Shown piece by piece: positions 26,246-37,700 of a DNA stretch of 64,000 nt. The stretch lies in assembly GCA_013265495.1 (NCBI GenBank), contig MU058844.1, forward strand, positions 10,562,184 through 10,626,183. Reading direction: 5' to 3'. Numbering within the stretch: the stretch's first letter is position 1; the number at the start of each line of letters is the position of its first letter. The notes under the pieces are model-generated. The model was not told the DNA's origin. It was given only the letters and a program-made list of their open reading frames with translations, and made no database searches. The DNA comes from Vicugna vicugna (taxonomy: Eukaryota). The position numbers were made by a program, and so were the translations under genes.

Positions 26246-27547
26246 AAACTATACATGGGTTATTGTGATACTGTCTAAAGGGGTGAATGAAAATATAATG
26301 AAGATATTTGCACTTTTGGATGAAGACGGTAAGTTTTTCTAGGTTCACGCATGGACTTCATGGAAACCGAATACACTACTACGTCCTACGGATATACAGC
26401 AACACAGACGACAAGGAGGTAAGAAAAGTGAACAAAGTAGCACTTGCCTTTCAGCAATGCACCCTGGGTCTAAAACTTCGTATCAAACATTGTGTGGTGG
26501 CGTCTGCAGTGCTCTGTCAGATGGTGTGGTTACTTGGGTGTAAGCCGTTTAGCCAGAGATGATGGAGGTGGCCACGAAGTTCTAGAGTTCTGACTTCCTG
26601 GCCCCCTCCACCTTCTTGTAAGCAGCCATCAGTCCATCCTGTGGTGTTTCTCTGCTTACTGAAAACCCTGCCAAGCCTCCTGGGCATCTTCATTCTCATA
26701 CTGTGCCTAGTACAGTCTATACAAATCCAGTTGACAAGGAGATGAATGTAATGACATGTAGGGCCCAGAAGTTCTAGAAGGGTGGAAAGGAAGTTTGTTT
26801 TGCAGGCAGGAGAGAAGCTCTCTTGTGTGCTGCGTGCATCAGGCTTGCTTCCCTACAAGTTGTCATGGGATTCAATCAACAATAGCTGGGAGAAGTATTT
26901 TTTTTTTAAGTTATTGATTTTATTAGTTACAAGCTAAAAGGTAGCTTCTGAAGGAAACGATGATTATATTCTGATACTCAGTGAGATCACTGTAATTTAT
27001 ATGAAATTATAGAAATGTAAACTGAAAATGCAAACTGCAAGTACAGAACATATATGTATATAAAATTTTTACCTGAAAATATGGAAAATGCATGTAAAAA
27101 CTTGTACATGGGTGTTCATGTTTTGATGGAGAAATCGTGGCTTAGCTGGGTAACTAGCCTCAGGTCCTCATGCCCACTTCTTGCTGTGACATCACACGAT
27201 GTCTGTAAACATTAAGGATAGTCAGGCAAGGGGAATGAGAGTAGAGTGGGGAGTCTGAACTCCGTGGAGTATGACCAGTGTATTTGAAGACGTCAGACCC
27301 AGAAATAGGAGAAAAGATGGAGGATGAGGTATGATCAAGTGACCTTGGCTTTAGAGAGAAAGGTACTCAGATAAGCTCTGCTTTCATTCAAGTCACTATG
27401 GTTTGTCCAGCAGAGCTGCACATGAGTGTGGTGAAAGATAAAGCTTCTCTTAAAAGACATTGTTCTTCCGGATATAATGGATTTAAATTAAATGTTATTC
27501 CTCAAGAAGAGCAGAGGAAGGGCACATAGCTTTATTCCATTGGTTCT

Positions 27548-27690
27548 CATTACCAGTAACGCCTGGAGGCTTGGGGGAAATGCAAACTCTTGAGCTCCCC
27601 TCCAGATCTCTGTAAGTGGGACCCGCAGTCTGCATTTTAACCACGCCTCCAGATGGTTCTGAATTACACCAAAGTATGAAAGCCACTTCT
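27548..27690. mobile_element. MER5-like DNA transposon
   Basis: 'gtgggacccgcagtctgcattttaaccacgcctccagatggttctga...aaagtatgaaagccact'. Confidence 0.7.
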
Positions 27691-28920
27691 TTATAGTATC
27701 CACTACATGAGAATTTTAGTCTTTCCTCATCTATGTATGAAAAGATGCCTTTAAAAACAAACCCATCAGCAGTCATCAAATGTGCTTGATGAGACTTAAT
27801 CGGCTTTTCTTTCTGGATACCTGAGGGAAGATGAGATAAATGTAGTAATAACTAGATGGTTCCTAGTATAAATAAAGCCCATGACTGTTTTATTCATTTT
27901 TCTTCCTTTTGGCAATATATTTAAGCACTTTAGTTCTAGGGAAAATAAACTTCTGAATAAGAACATCACATCTGAAGTTCTAGGTATCTTTTATCACATT
28001 GTTTTTGAAATTATCTCCTGAAGACAGTGACTGACATTTTAAAAGGCCAAAAAATAATTATTCAAATTACCACAGATCACTTGTTTACAATGTCCTATGA
28101 CAATACTCACTCTAAAATAACAATATCAAAAGCCCTTCTAAAACTTGAAAAGATCAAAGGATGGATCAGTATTGCTTCTCATTGTTGCACTATCCCAATC
28201 CCCTAAGGAAAGACATGTCTTTGAAATAACAGGATTCTGAGATTGCAGGATTTCAAAGGAGACCAGACACGGCAATATTGGACCGTGTATCAATGTTGCC
28301 AACATGACTAATTAAGAAGGCAGGAATACAGAGAAGAGTTCCCGAAATTACGTGCTTTATTTAATCTGTCATCAAGCTAGACAGTGGTTTGGAGTAGAGG
28401 TTTGGAGAGAGATCACCTAGCAGGGCTGTGACAGAAATATTAAGGGAATCGTTGTGAACCAGAAAACATTGTTTTTGGCTCCCAATGTCAAGTTCTCCCT
28501 TCTGTCTGAACTCCACTGTTTATAAAACATACCCATTCCATATACTTAAGACACCTTGTCTTCTTGAACCAGTACTTCAGATGAGGCCTCCCAGAAAACT
28601 TTTCTCATCAACAAACCCTGTCTGTGTTTTGATACATGTCGGTTGCTGACAAAACTTTATATTATCTTGATTTATATACATCAACTCTGATTCAGTCACA
28701 TTTTAAAATCTACTGTGTTTTCTTCTTGGCTGCTGGGGTAGGGGGACCACATTCCACTAAATGTTTTTGTTCAGCAGATAGTTACTGACTTCCTATCACG
28801 TATTTTCCACCATAATAGGCATTAAGACACGTGTCGCAGGTAATACCTGGTCCCTGTCATCAGGAAAATTAAGTTGGCTGACAATACAAAGCCAGGGTAA
28901 GTTAAGAAATAGGGCTGGAA

Positions 28921-28965
28921 CAACATTGTAAAATGATTATAAATCAATAAAAAATGTTAAAAAAG
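28921..28965 (+). mobile_element. 45-bp L1 3'-terminal micro-insertion with perfect 16-bp TSD
   Basis: Insert caacattgtaaaatgattataaatcaataaaaaatgttaaaaaa is identical to the end of the L1 at 10334; TSD agaaatagggctggaa at 28905-28920 and 28966-28981; TT|AAGA endonuclease-type site. Confidence 0.93.
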
Positions 28966-29619
28966 AGAAATAGGGCTGGAATACAATAATTCAAAAGATT
29001 TAGGGCAGTACTTGCTGAAAAGCCACATCAGTTATTAAATACTAGATGGTGATTACCATGAAGTCAGAGCAGTGTTCTATCCACGGAAAGTGTGAAATTC
29101 CTTTAATAGCATTTGAACAGATTTCCCCTCATAGTTCAGAGGAGCTCAGACTGTGTTGTAGGAAGGGCCCTCCTACCCCCGTGTTCTCCTCCTCAGTGGA
29201 TCAGACCGACCTTGCTCACTGAAATATAATAAATGACAAATGGACTGTAACTGACAGTAACAGAAAAAGTGCTTCCTATTTAGAAATTAATTTAACTAGA
29301 AGGTCTAGTTTCAGCTTTAAACAGAAATCCAGAATCTAATGTTTGTAGCGTTAACATAACCTCATTCCATAAGACTGAAAATTCACCAAGATGTTTGGAA
29401 ACACAAAAACGTCAGATTTCAGTTCTACGTAGTGGTAGACAATGGACAGTTGCTGGTGGGAAACGCTGAGTAAGCTTTTCTTGGTTGGAAGCTGTGAGGG
29501 TTAGAACGTCGCATATCCTTCGAGAAAGCAACTATCCTGATATATTTTTCTATTAGTCACCCCCCACCCCACCTCATTTTGAAGACTTGTAGTATGGAAT
29601 TTTTGACCTAGAAGCATGA

Positions 29620-30282
29620 TGAAGAAAATTCATTACTTGTGACATTGAGAGAATCAGAATCTTTCCAGTACGAAGCCACCATGTACTTTGCTGCAATGGG
29701 GAGGCTGCCTCCAGTTTTGACCACCCCGTCCCCAGAGCATCTTCTAGACAGCAACCAGAGTGACATTCCAACGTGCAGGCAGATCTCCTCATTGTCATCT
29801 TTTCATTTAAAACCCCAGTGCAGCTGAATGCAAGCAAATACCTTTCCAAGGCCTCTAGGCTCCTGCAAAGAGCTGGCCTCTGCTCGCCTCTCGGGCCTAA
29901 CTCCCTACACACCCCAGTGGTGCACCGGGATCTGGCCACGCCAGCCTTCCAGACAGTCCTCAGACATAGAACGTTTCTTCTCATCTCATGAGCTTGGTAC
30001 TTTTTTTTGTTGCTTAAAAAACTTTCCTCCAGGTTTTCTAATGTTTCTGCTCACCAGAGCTGTCAACCCTCTGCATTCACCCCCTACGCTATTCTGTTGG
30101 TATTCTTCATAGCACCTATGAATACTTCAAATTGTTTCACTTTTTTAATTCTCATTTTCTCTCCCTACTAGAATGCAAGTTCCTTAAGGGCAAACTACCA
30201 TGTTAACTTCTCTGTTCCTAGTATCTCCATGGTAGTGCCTGGCACTAAATAAATGCTCAATAAATACTTGACTGTCTGAAAA
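29620..30282 (+). mobile_element. L2 LINE 3' portion
   Basis: 'acagcaaccagagtgacatt', 'ctccctactagaatgcaagttccttaagggca', 'gtgcctggcactaaataaatgctcaataaatacttg'. Confidence 0.85.
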
Positions 30283-30454
30283 ATACCAGCCTTGAACTAA
30301 GCCACGCAAAGTACTGGGGCTACAGTTTTCACCATTTACTCTGATCATGTCCCTTAGCCTGGATACATACTAATTTATAAAGCTTCTATTCTTTGAGCTC
30401 TATCCCTTTATTCTCAACCAGGAAAAGAATATGATGACTTCATTTCATCTAGTT

Positions 30455-30610
30455 TTGTACTAGATAAGTATCACCTGGAGAAACTTCAAAAAAAAAAAAT
30501 CATTGCTTCCTGTGATCTTCAACCAACTATTAGTCTTGGGCTGGAGCCCAGGCATCTGTGTTTTAAAAATCTAAGGTGACTCTGATGTGCTGAGAGGGCT
30601 GAGAAAGATT
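30455..30610. mobile_element. MER5B-like DNA transposon
   Basis: 'atcacctggagaaactt...gcccaggcatctgtgttttaaaa...ggtgactctgatgtgc...gggctgagaa'. Confidence 0.7.
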
Positions 30611-31795
30611 CGACTAATATATAAGTTAATATTTAAATATTTAACACTTATAAATATGCAACACAATTATCAAATATATTCTCCTAGCATGTATTCAATT
30701 GAAAAACAAAGTATTAATTTAGGGCAGAAAACATATCAACCAACTTTCCTGTAGGGGAGTGATTCAGATGATAATTTACCATTATAGAGATTATAAAGAT
30801 TCCTTTACTGTTACCTGGAAACTTGTTAGCATACTCTTTGGACCCTATTAAATGGCCAACATAATAAACACCTTAGTTTCTAAAGTATTAAAACATTTGG
30901 TTTAGAAATGACTATAAGTAACTTCATATCTGAGCATTAATTAACCAATTATATTTCTAGGTATAGTAACCAATTGAGTGCACAAAGTATTGAGTATTTT
31001 GCTGCCATAATATAATAAACAGTCCATGGATGTCTAGTGAACTATAAGAATAAACCTCCTTAAATTTATTACTAAGGATTAACTTAGGAAAATCTGGATA
31101 CTGGTTTTCTTTACCAAGAGTGGTATGATATTTTAAGTGTACGTTATTTTATTTTTGATATGACAGGCATCAACTTAAATTGTTTTTTTTTTTCTCCCTC
31201 TTAGTCTGCTTTCTGTACTTTTTCTCCTTTCATTATACTCTTGGACTAAAGTGTATACTCCTCATGGCCTAGGAGAAGTTTCTTTACTTTATGAATCAAA
31301 GATTATTGAAGTCTGTAATACATGTGGCGCTCTCTACTTCACTAATTAAACTAAAGAACTAAATCATTCAGAGGAATTTCTGTAGCACAGGCAGGAGTGA
31401 TTGATGTCTTCTTTATGAGCAGTCTTCCTCTCTTTTTCCTTTTCTCTCATTTGTCAAGTGGTTTAATGCCTATGATGCATTAGGTCCTTTCACGATCATC
31501 TTGGCATGAAGAAATTATACAAAAAAAAATTGTGAGTGTAATGTAAAGTAGTTTAAAAACATTAGGATTCTCATGAGATTAATCTATTTAACCTTAATTC
31601 CACTGATAATTATGGAGATAATTTTACATCGACAGGCTAATCCATTGAATGACTATTACTCTCAGTAGCAAAACAACCCTATTATGTAGACATGTCATTG
31701 GTAAGATTAAATTTATGGTCCAGATGTTTTAGTGTTTGAATGATAAGAAGGAAAACATATTGTCTGTTTTTTTTTTTTGAAATGATGCAATAGAC

Positions 31796-31837
31796 GTCTA
31801 CCACCATACTACTCTGAACACACCCGATCGCGTCTGA
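31796..31837 (+). pseudogene. Tailless 5S rRNA retropseudogene (5S nt 1-42)
   Basis: gtctaccaccatactactctgaacacacccgatcgcgtctga vs mammalian 5S 5' end GTCTACGGCCATACCACCCTGAACGCGCCCGATCTCGTCTGA: 35/42 identical, no gaps; flanked by direct repeats tgaaatgatgcaataga (31778-31794) and tgaaatgatgcagcaga (31835-31851). Confidence 0.9.
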
Positions 31838-34070
31838 AATGATGCAGCAGAAATCCGTTTTGATGAATTCTAGTTAAGTATTCCGGTCTATTGATGTGGG
31901 CTGAAACAAGTCTTCTCTAACATAAAATAAGCCAAATCAATGCCTATCCCAATAGTCAAGCACCTTTAAATGTATTAACTCTGAAAAATGTCAACCTCTA
32001 AGATGAGAATAAAGGGTGGGTTACATGTCATCAACTTCTGATTGCTACTGATCCCTATGAGTTTAAATGGGTTCATATTTGGGTACTGAATCATCTTGCA
32101 GACTCTGTTCTATCTACTGTCACGGCAGTCTATCTCTATCAGTGTTGATCAGTTGCCTACACAGGTTAAACCTGACAGTGTGTGAGTTTCTTCCTGTAAT
32201 TTTCTAGTTGCATTTTTCACTGTTTTCAATTTTTCCTTCTCAGTAAAAGCAGTATTTCCGTTTTGACAATTGCTTTGGTGATAAGCCAAATCATATTCAC
32301 ATCTGTTGGTCCACTGCAGTTCAAGTTAATAAGTAGCTGTACACCCCTAGCCTTGACCAGGTGCTGATCACCCAGCTACCTGGGCTACGTGAACAGTTGA
32401 TGTAACTGTCTGATTTTAAATAATACATGTGATCAGATGCTCAAGCATTAGAGCAGACTGCAGCCAAATAACACATTCCCTCTTCAATGCAGTCTCTGCT
32501 GTAGGTTTCAGGTTCATCAGAATCAAGGTGCAGGGTTGAAATGGTACAGAATCGAGATCCTCACTCTCCCAGTATGACAGCATACAGATGGAGGGTTTCG
32601 CAGAGGGTCAATATTGGTGGAGTTCCTCCAACTTTATTCCTTCTCCAAAGGGCAGAAGAGATCAGAGAGGGGTGGGGGAAGATGGAGGCTGACAAGTCTA
32701 AAGTGCCTTTAGGGTTGTCTATGCAAACAGGGTCAGATTAGATATAATCAGATTTCTTTAGTAATTGGAAAGACTAATCTTGACTAAACTGAATCATCTA
32801 TTTTATGTACATCACACATAAATATATTTGTCTTTGAAATTTTTGCATCAACTTAAAATTGGTTTACCTCATGATAGTCTTTGTTTACTCTTTTTCTTTG
32901 TCCTTTATTCTCCAAGTAAACTGTACATCACAGGTGGGGCCAAATGGGGAGTAAAGAATGGTCCTTTATCTTCCTGTTCTCATGTGCTGGAAACCCACGA
33001 ATATTCTCACTTATCAACAATCTGGATTATTTGCTATGTTCTTTGTACAGCTGACAGCTTTACTATAAATTATGCAATCTATCTATATCATTATTATTTT
33101 TCCTGTTCCATGTAGTTTTCCCACAAGGGCAAAAGTTGATGTGATTTTTGTAGGTGTGCTAGGGAACAAAGATTTTTTAGACAATGGATGGTAATTTGTT
33201 TTCAAATTGTAACCCAAGTGTATTCCCATGGAAACTTGCCTATGTACAGTGTTTCAAACACACACGAAAAAAAAAATGAAAATGTGGTAGCCATGGAGAT
33301 ACTCTCACAGAACAGTATCTAAACCATAACTTGGGAGAAACAATGACTAATAGCATGTTATCATATTTCACGTGTCTACTGATAATGCTCTTTGAAGAAT
33401 GGGTGATTATGTCTTTGACACATGCTGTTCACAGGGCAGATGTGGCACATTTGGAGAAGAACTTACAATGTATACAAATTGCAGAGCTTTCCTCGATGGA
33501 CTGATGTTTGCCATGTATAGCTTACAAAACCTATATATCGATGGACTCATTTTCAGTTGTGACATCTAGAGTTTTGCCCATCATCTCCCAAACCCCACAT
33601 GAAGGTTTGAACTCCTTGGTATTTTAAAATTCCTTGATTTCTGATCACCACAAATCAGACATCTTGAATAAAAATAAACCCATCTATTTCTCTCATTTTC
33701 TTAAGTGGTGTAATCATGTGTAATTCTCACTGTCTCTTCAAAACCGTTGAGGGATCAACTGAAGATTCTCTTTCAGTGATTACATGTCATCTCCTCTTTG
33801 CTCTTGGCAACATCTTTCCCACGTTCAGAAAATGATGAAAATGGTCCACTTTAGCTCTTGGCCACCTTCCTAATACATACTTTGGAGTTAATGACCTAAT
33901 GGACTGTGTTAGTAAATTAGATTTTCCCATTCTTAGGGGGCCTTTCAAGAGCACTCGGATGCTGGCACCCCCAGATGTACACATTTCAGAATTGGGAAGG
34001 AATTTCTGAAAGCTTCTTTGACCGTTTGTTTCAAAAACCACTTCTGTCCTTTGTTTTGTGCTGTGTATGC

Positions 34071-34254
34071 TAGTGTTTCTCGAAGGCTGATTCTTGAGGA
34101 CTTTGCATCAGAATAATCAGGAGTTGTTACACGTAGGTCCTGAAAGCCCATCCCAGAGATACTGAATCAGAATCCCTGGGGTGGGCTGGGGCACCTGCAT
34201 TTTTAATAGGTAGCCCAGGAGACGCTAATGCACTCCACTGATTGGGAACAACTG
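34071..34254. mobile_element. MER5A-like DNA transposon
   Basis: 'gcatcagaataatcaggag...gcccatcccagagatactgaatcagaatccctggggtgggc...ctgcatttttaa...tgggaacaactg'. Confidence 0.85.
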
Positions 34255-34547
34255 TTTAACCTCTGGTCCTAGTGACTGTGACTGATCTTGAAAGTAAAGA
34301 CTGTCACCTTGCTTCTGGTGACATAATTTGCAGTGGGTGGCGGGAGCACGTGGAAGACTGAATTCAACTTGAGGAGGAGCTTGCCAAGCAAGCTAAATGT
34401 TCTTGGATACTTCTAGAGTTACACTTAAAATGGCATCCTATTACACGTGCTAGGACTGAAGGTTGAATCTCTTCAGCCTTTAGGATGGGGTTGGCAGCAT
34501 TTTAGGGTGAGATCACAAAGGAAATCTGAGTACAAATGACTGGCTTT

Positions 34548-34772
34548 GGTGCAGTATAGAGTGGCGATGCAGGAGCCAGATGAATTGACTTCAGCTCTGC
34601 CTCTATGATCACGGACGATCACCTAAGCTCTTAATGTTTCAGCTTCCTCATCTGCAAAATGATGATGACGCAGTGCTTAGGCCACAGGGCTGCTGGGAGG
34701 ATCAGATGGACTCGTCTGTGTGGCAGGTAGCATGGCGCCTGATTTGTATCAAGCGCTTAGCAAATGGCAGCA
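34548..34772 (+). mobile_element. MIR SINE
   Basis: Core 'tttcagcttcctcatctgcaaaatg'; tail 'aagcgcttagcaaatggcagc'. Confidence 0.8.
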
Positions 34773-37700
34773 TCTGAGGTTACTTTCTGAAGTTCACTAA
34801 AAACGTTCTTCGTTCTCCTTGGCTCTCTTAACTGAGGGCTTCCTAGGTCTGTCAGGGGACATGATACTGGGAAAAGTACGGACAGCCTGTACCAGAATTT
34901 TTACAGTGTGATGAAGATACAGTTATATAAAAACTATGGCTGACACTGTGTTGCTAAAAGATGTGATGAGACCATAATCTATTGAACCAGAGCTGATACT
35001 TCCATGTTATGTCTTGTCAGGGTTTGCAGATGTGAATGAGGATAACTTAATTACACACAATTCTGTTGCAAGTACCTAGTCATGGAGAGTAACGGACAAG
35101 TAGGATAATCATACTTATAAAGCATGTTTTTCTGAACATGGGATAGCCAGGTTTCAAGCGTTGTGAATACGCACCCTTAATAACCCTCAAAAATGAGTTC
35201 CCTTGGAGTTTGTTAAACAGCAAGACTTAGGTATGTCCGAACAAAAGAAGACTGAAGGCATGCATGTCATGTCCTTGTATAATTTTTATAATATATTTAG
35301 TGCTGGAAATTGGAATTTAAAGTACCTGCTTAAGTTTTTCTATGAATAAGATATGGAAATTCTTCTTAGAAATCTTTACCACTACCAAACATACATTGTT
35401 TCAAGCATAGAATCCTTCCCCTGAAGTCAGGTTTTTTTTGAAAGAAGCAAGACAAAGTGTTCGTATGTAAATGTTGATGAGAAAAAAGACACAGGTAAAG
35501 GAAAGGGTTGAAAGATGGTGAATGAGGAACTGGAAACATACTACAAGGGCACTGCAGGGATTTTCTGACCTCGCTCCACCCATAGCCCGCTACAGTTACA
35601 GGCACACGTGTTTCAGTATTTGTACAACTATAGTAGGAGAAAGTGTGCACAGGATGGAGAGGCTCTTTTTTTTTCAATGTAGCAAAATGACATTAAGTGT
35701 TCATGAAAACTTAATGGTTCTTCGTAAGATGCCAAAAGATTTTGGATTAAATATATCTAATGCTCATGTCATAAAAAACAAACCTCCTAAGAAAAGGGTT
35801 AAAACACATCCACTTAATTGCATGTATTGCTCAAACCATTCTAATGCCTAGCAGTTACTTGTACATTAAGCAGGACTGATCTGAGCTATACATATTTAGA
35901 TATTACAGCTAGTACAGAAATTTCCAAGACCGTCTAATAGGCATTTTAGCTTCTCTCCTAGCAACTATTATTTGGGCATTTCTTAGGAATGCATTGACAT
36001 TATAAACAACTTTTAAAATAACCAAGTTAAATCTTAATTGGCATCCCTAATAGAATGCACATAAAAAGAAAATTCTGTCCGTCATCCTGAATCAAATGCA
36101 CATAGGAAAAAAAAATGGAAAGAGTAAGAAAACAGTGATTAAGAAGAGCTAGAAATACTCCCATAAATGACCGCACAACTGACATACCTTCATATTTGAA
36201 ATTATTTCACAGTGGTTTTTTTCTTTACAGTGACTTCATTTGATAGGGCAGCTTTCTAAGCTTTATTTAATAATAAAAAAAAGTAATAGAATCATTCGAT
36301 TTTTTAAAAAATGAGAACAGCACTGGATGTCAAATAGTTTCATTTTTTCATTTGAGAGATTGATGCCTGGACAATGTGACTTGCCCTTGGCTATGGTTCT
36401 AATGATGGTATAGCTGTGACTAGAACTCAGTTTAATGTTCTCTTCATTAAATTTCGGTAGAAAAAAGAAGCAGATGTTAACTTATGAATTACCACTAATT
36501 CCCAGTCACTTCTCTGGGCCACTGCTGTCTGACAGTTACTGTCTGTTCAAGCAAAAGCATATGATGTATAAATATATGCCTTTTATGAAGGAATACTAGT
36601 TACTAGTTAGATAATATATTCAAAGACAATAAGGTGGGTAAGAGGGTGCAGATAGCAGAAGGGCTGAAAATGGAGATAAACTGAGATAAGATAAGAAAGG
36701 TTAAGATATTAGCTTATAATTGTCCTTTGTAATAATGTCTCCAATCACATATTCACTTCCTTTATTCCCTACAGGCATCTGACTAGGCAGACAGCTTTAT
36801 GTCAGTCATATTCAGAATTATTTATAAAATGTTGCAATAGGTTATTCCAACAGAATGCTTTTCACATATGTGAGGTCCATGCTGGGAGAGAAAGCGAGAA
36901 GAATGTAGAACTGTAGAAACATGGACTGTGAACAAGGCAGAAGAGAGGCAGGGAGTGATGGGAAACTGAAGCAAGTGTGAGGGTCCTGCAGGGGCACCCT
37001 CTGACCCAGGGGCCATGAGACTCTGCGTGTGGAAGCCTGGAAACTGAATTTCAGGAAAGGGCACTGAGGATTTTTGTAAATCATTAAAAGGTTACAGAGA
37101 TTACGGTCATAATGGATATTTAAAGACTCAAATGCTAAGGAATCTCAGGAAAGTAGAGTAGTTATTAATATTTTTAATAAAAGCACAATGGGCGTGGAAG
37201 ATAGTCCATGTGATAAAAAACAAAATGGATGGGAAAAAAAACCCAAAAACATATTTGGGAGAAAAGTGTGGCTATTTCCAAAGGAATCTTAAAATTTGTG
37301 AACTTTTTTTTTTTAGGTTGGTAATGTATCATTTCCAAATAGAACTATATAATTTATGTTATCTATATTTATAATATGTACATATTTGGTTTGTTGAAAA
37401 TCAAACAATTCTATGAAGAGGGATAAGGTACCTTTGGGAATGGTTTCAAGCAGTTTTATCTGATAGCAGGGTGATGGACTGAGCAACCCTTCCGTGTTAG
37501 TTCAAGGCCCAGGATGTGCCAGTGTCGATTAAAAGCAGCAGTTCTGATGCCACCAGAACAGCGTTGGAGACCACGGCCATGACGTTCACCTGCACTACCT
37601 TAACCGTGGGCTGGCCTGGGTTTCCCTAACGAGGCTTGTCTTCCTTTTGACGGCAGGGCTTTTCTAGCTTGTCACTGAGTGGTGGACCACTCTGTCCGGT

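Noticed and set aside
29265..29284. AAAGTGCTTCCTATTTAGA, resembling miR-302/520-family sequence
   Set aside because: No convincing complementary arm for a pre-miRNA hairpin nearby; a short match is expected by chance
29574..29984. 136-aa ORF and overlapping plus-strand ORFs
   Set aside because: They lie within a decayed L2 element
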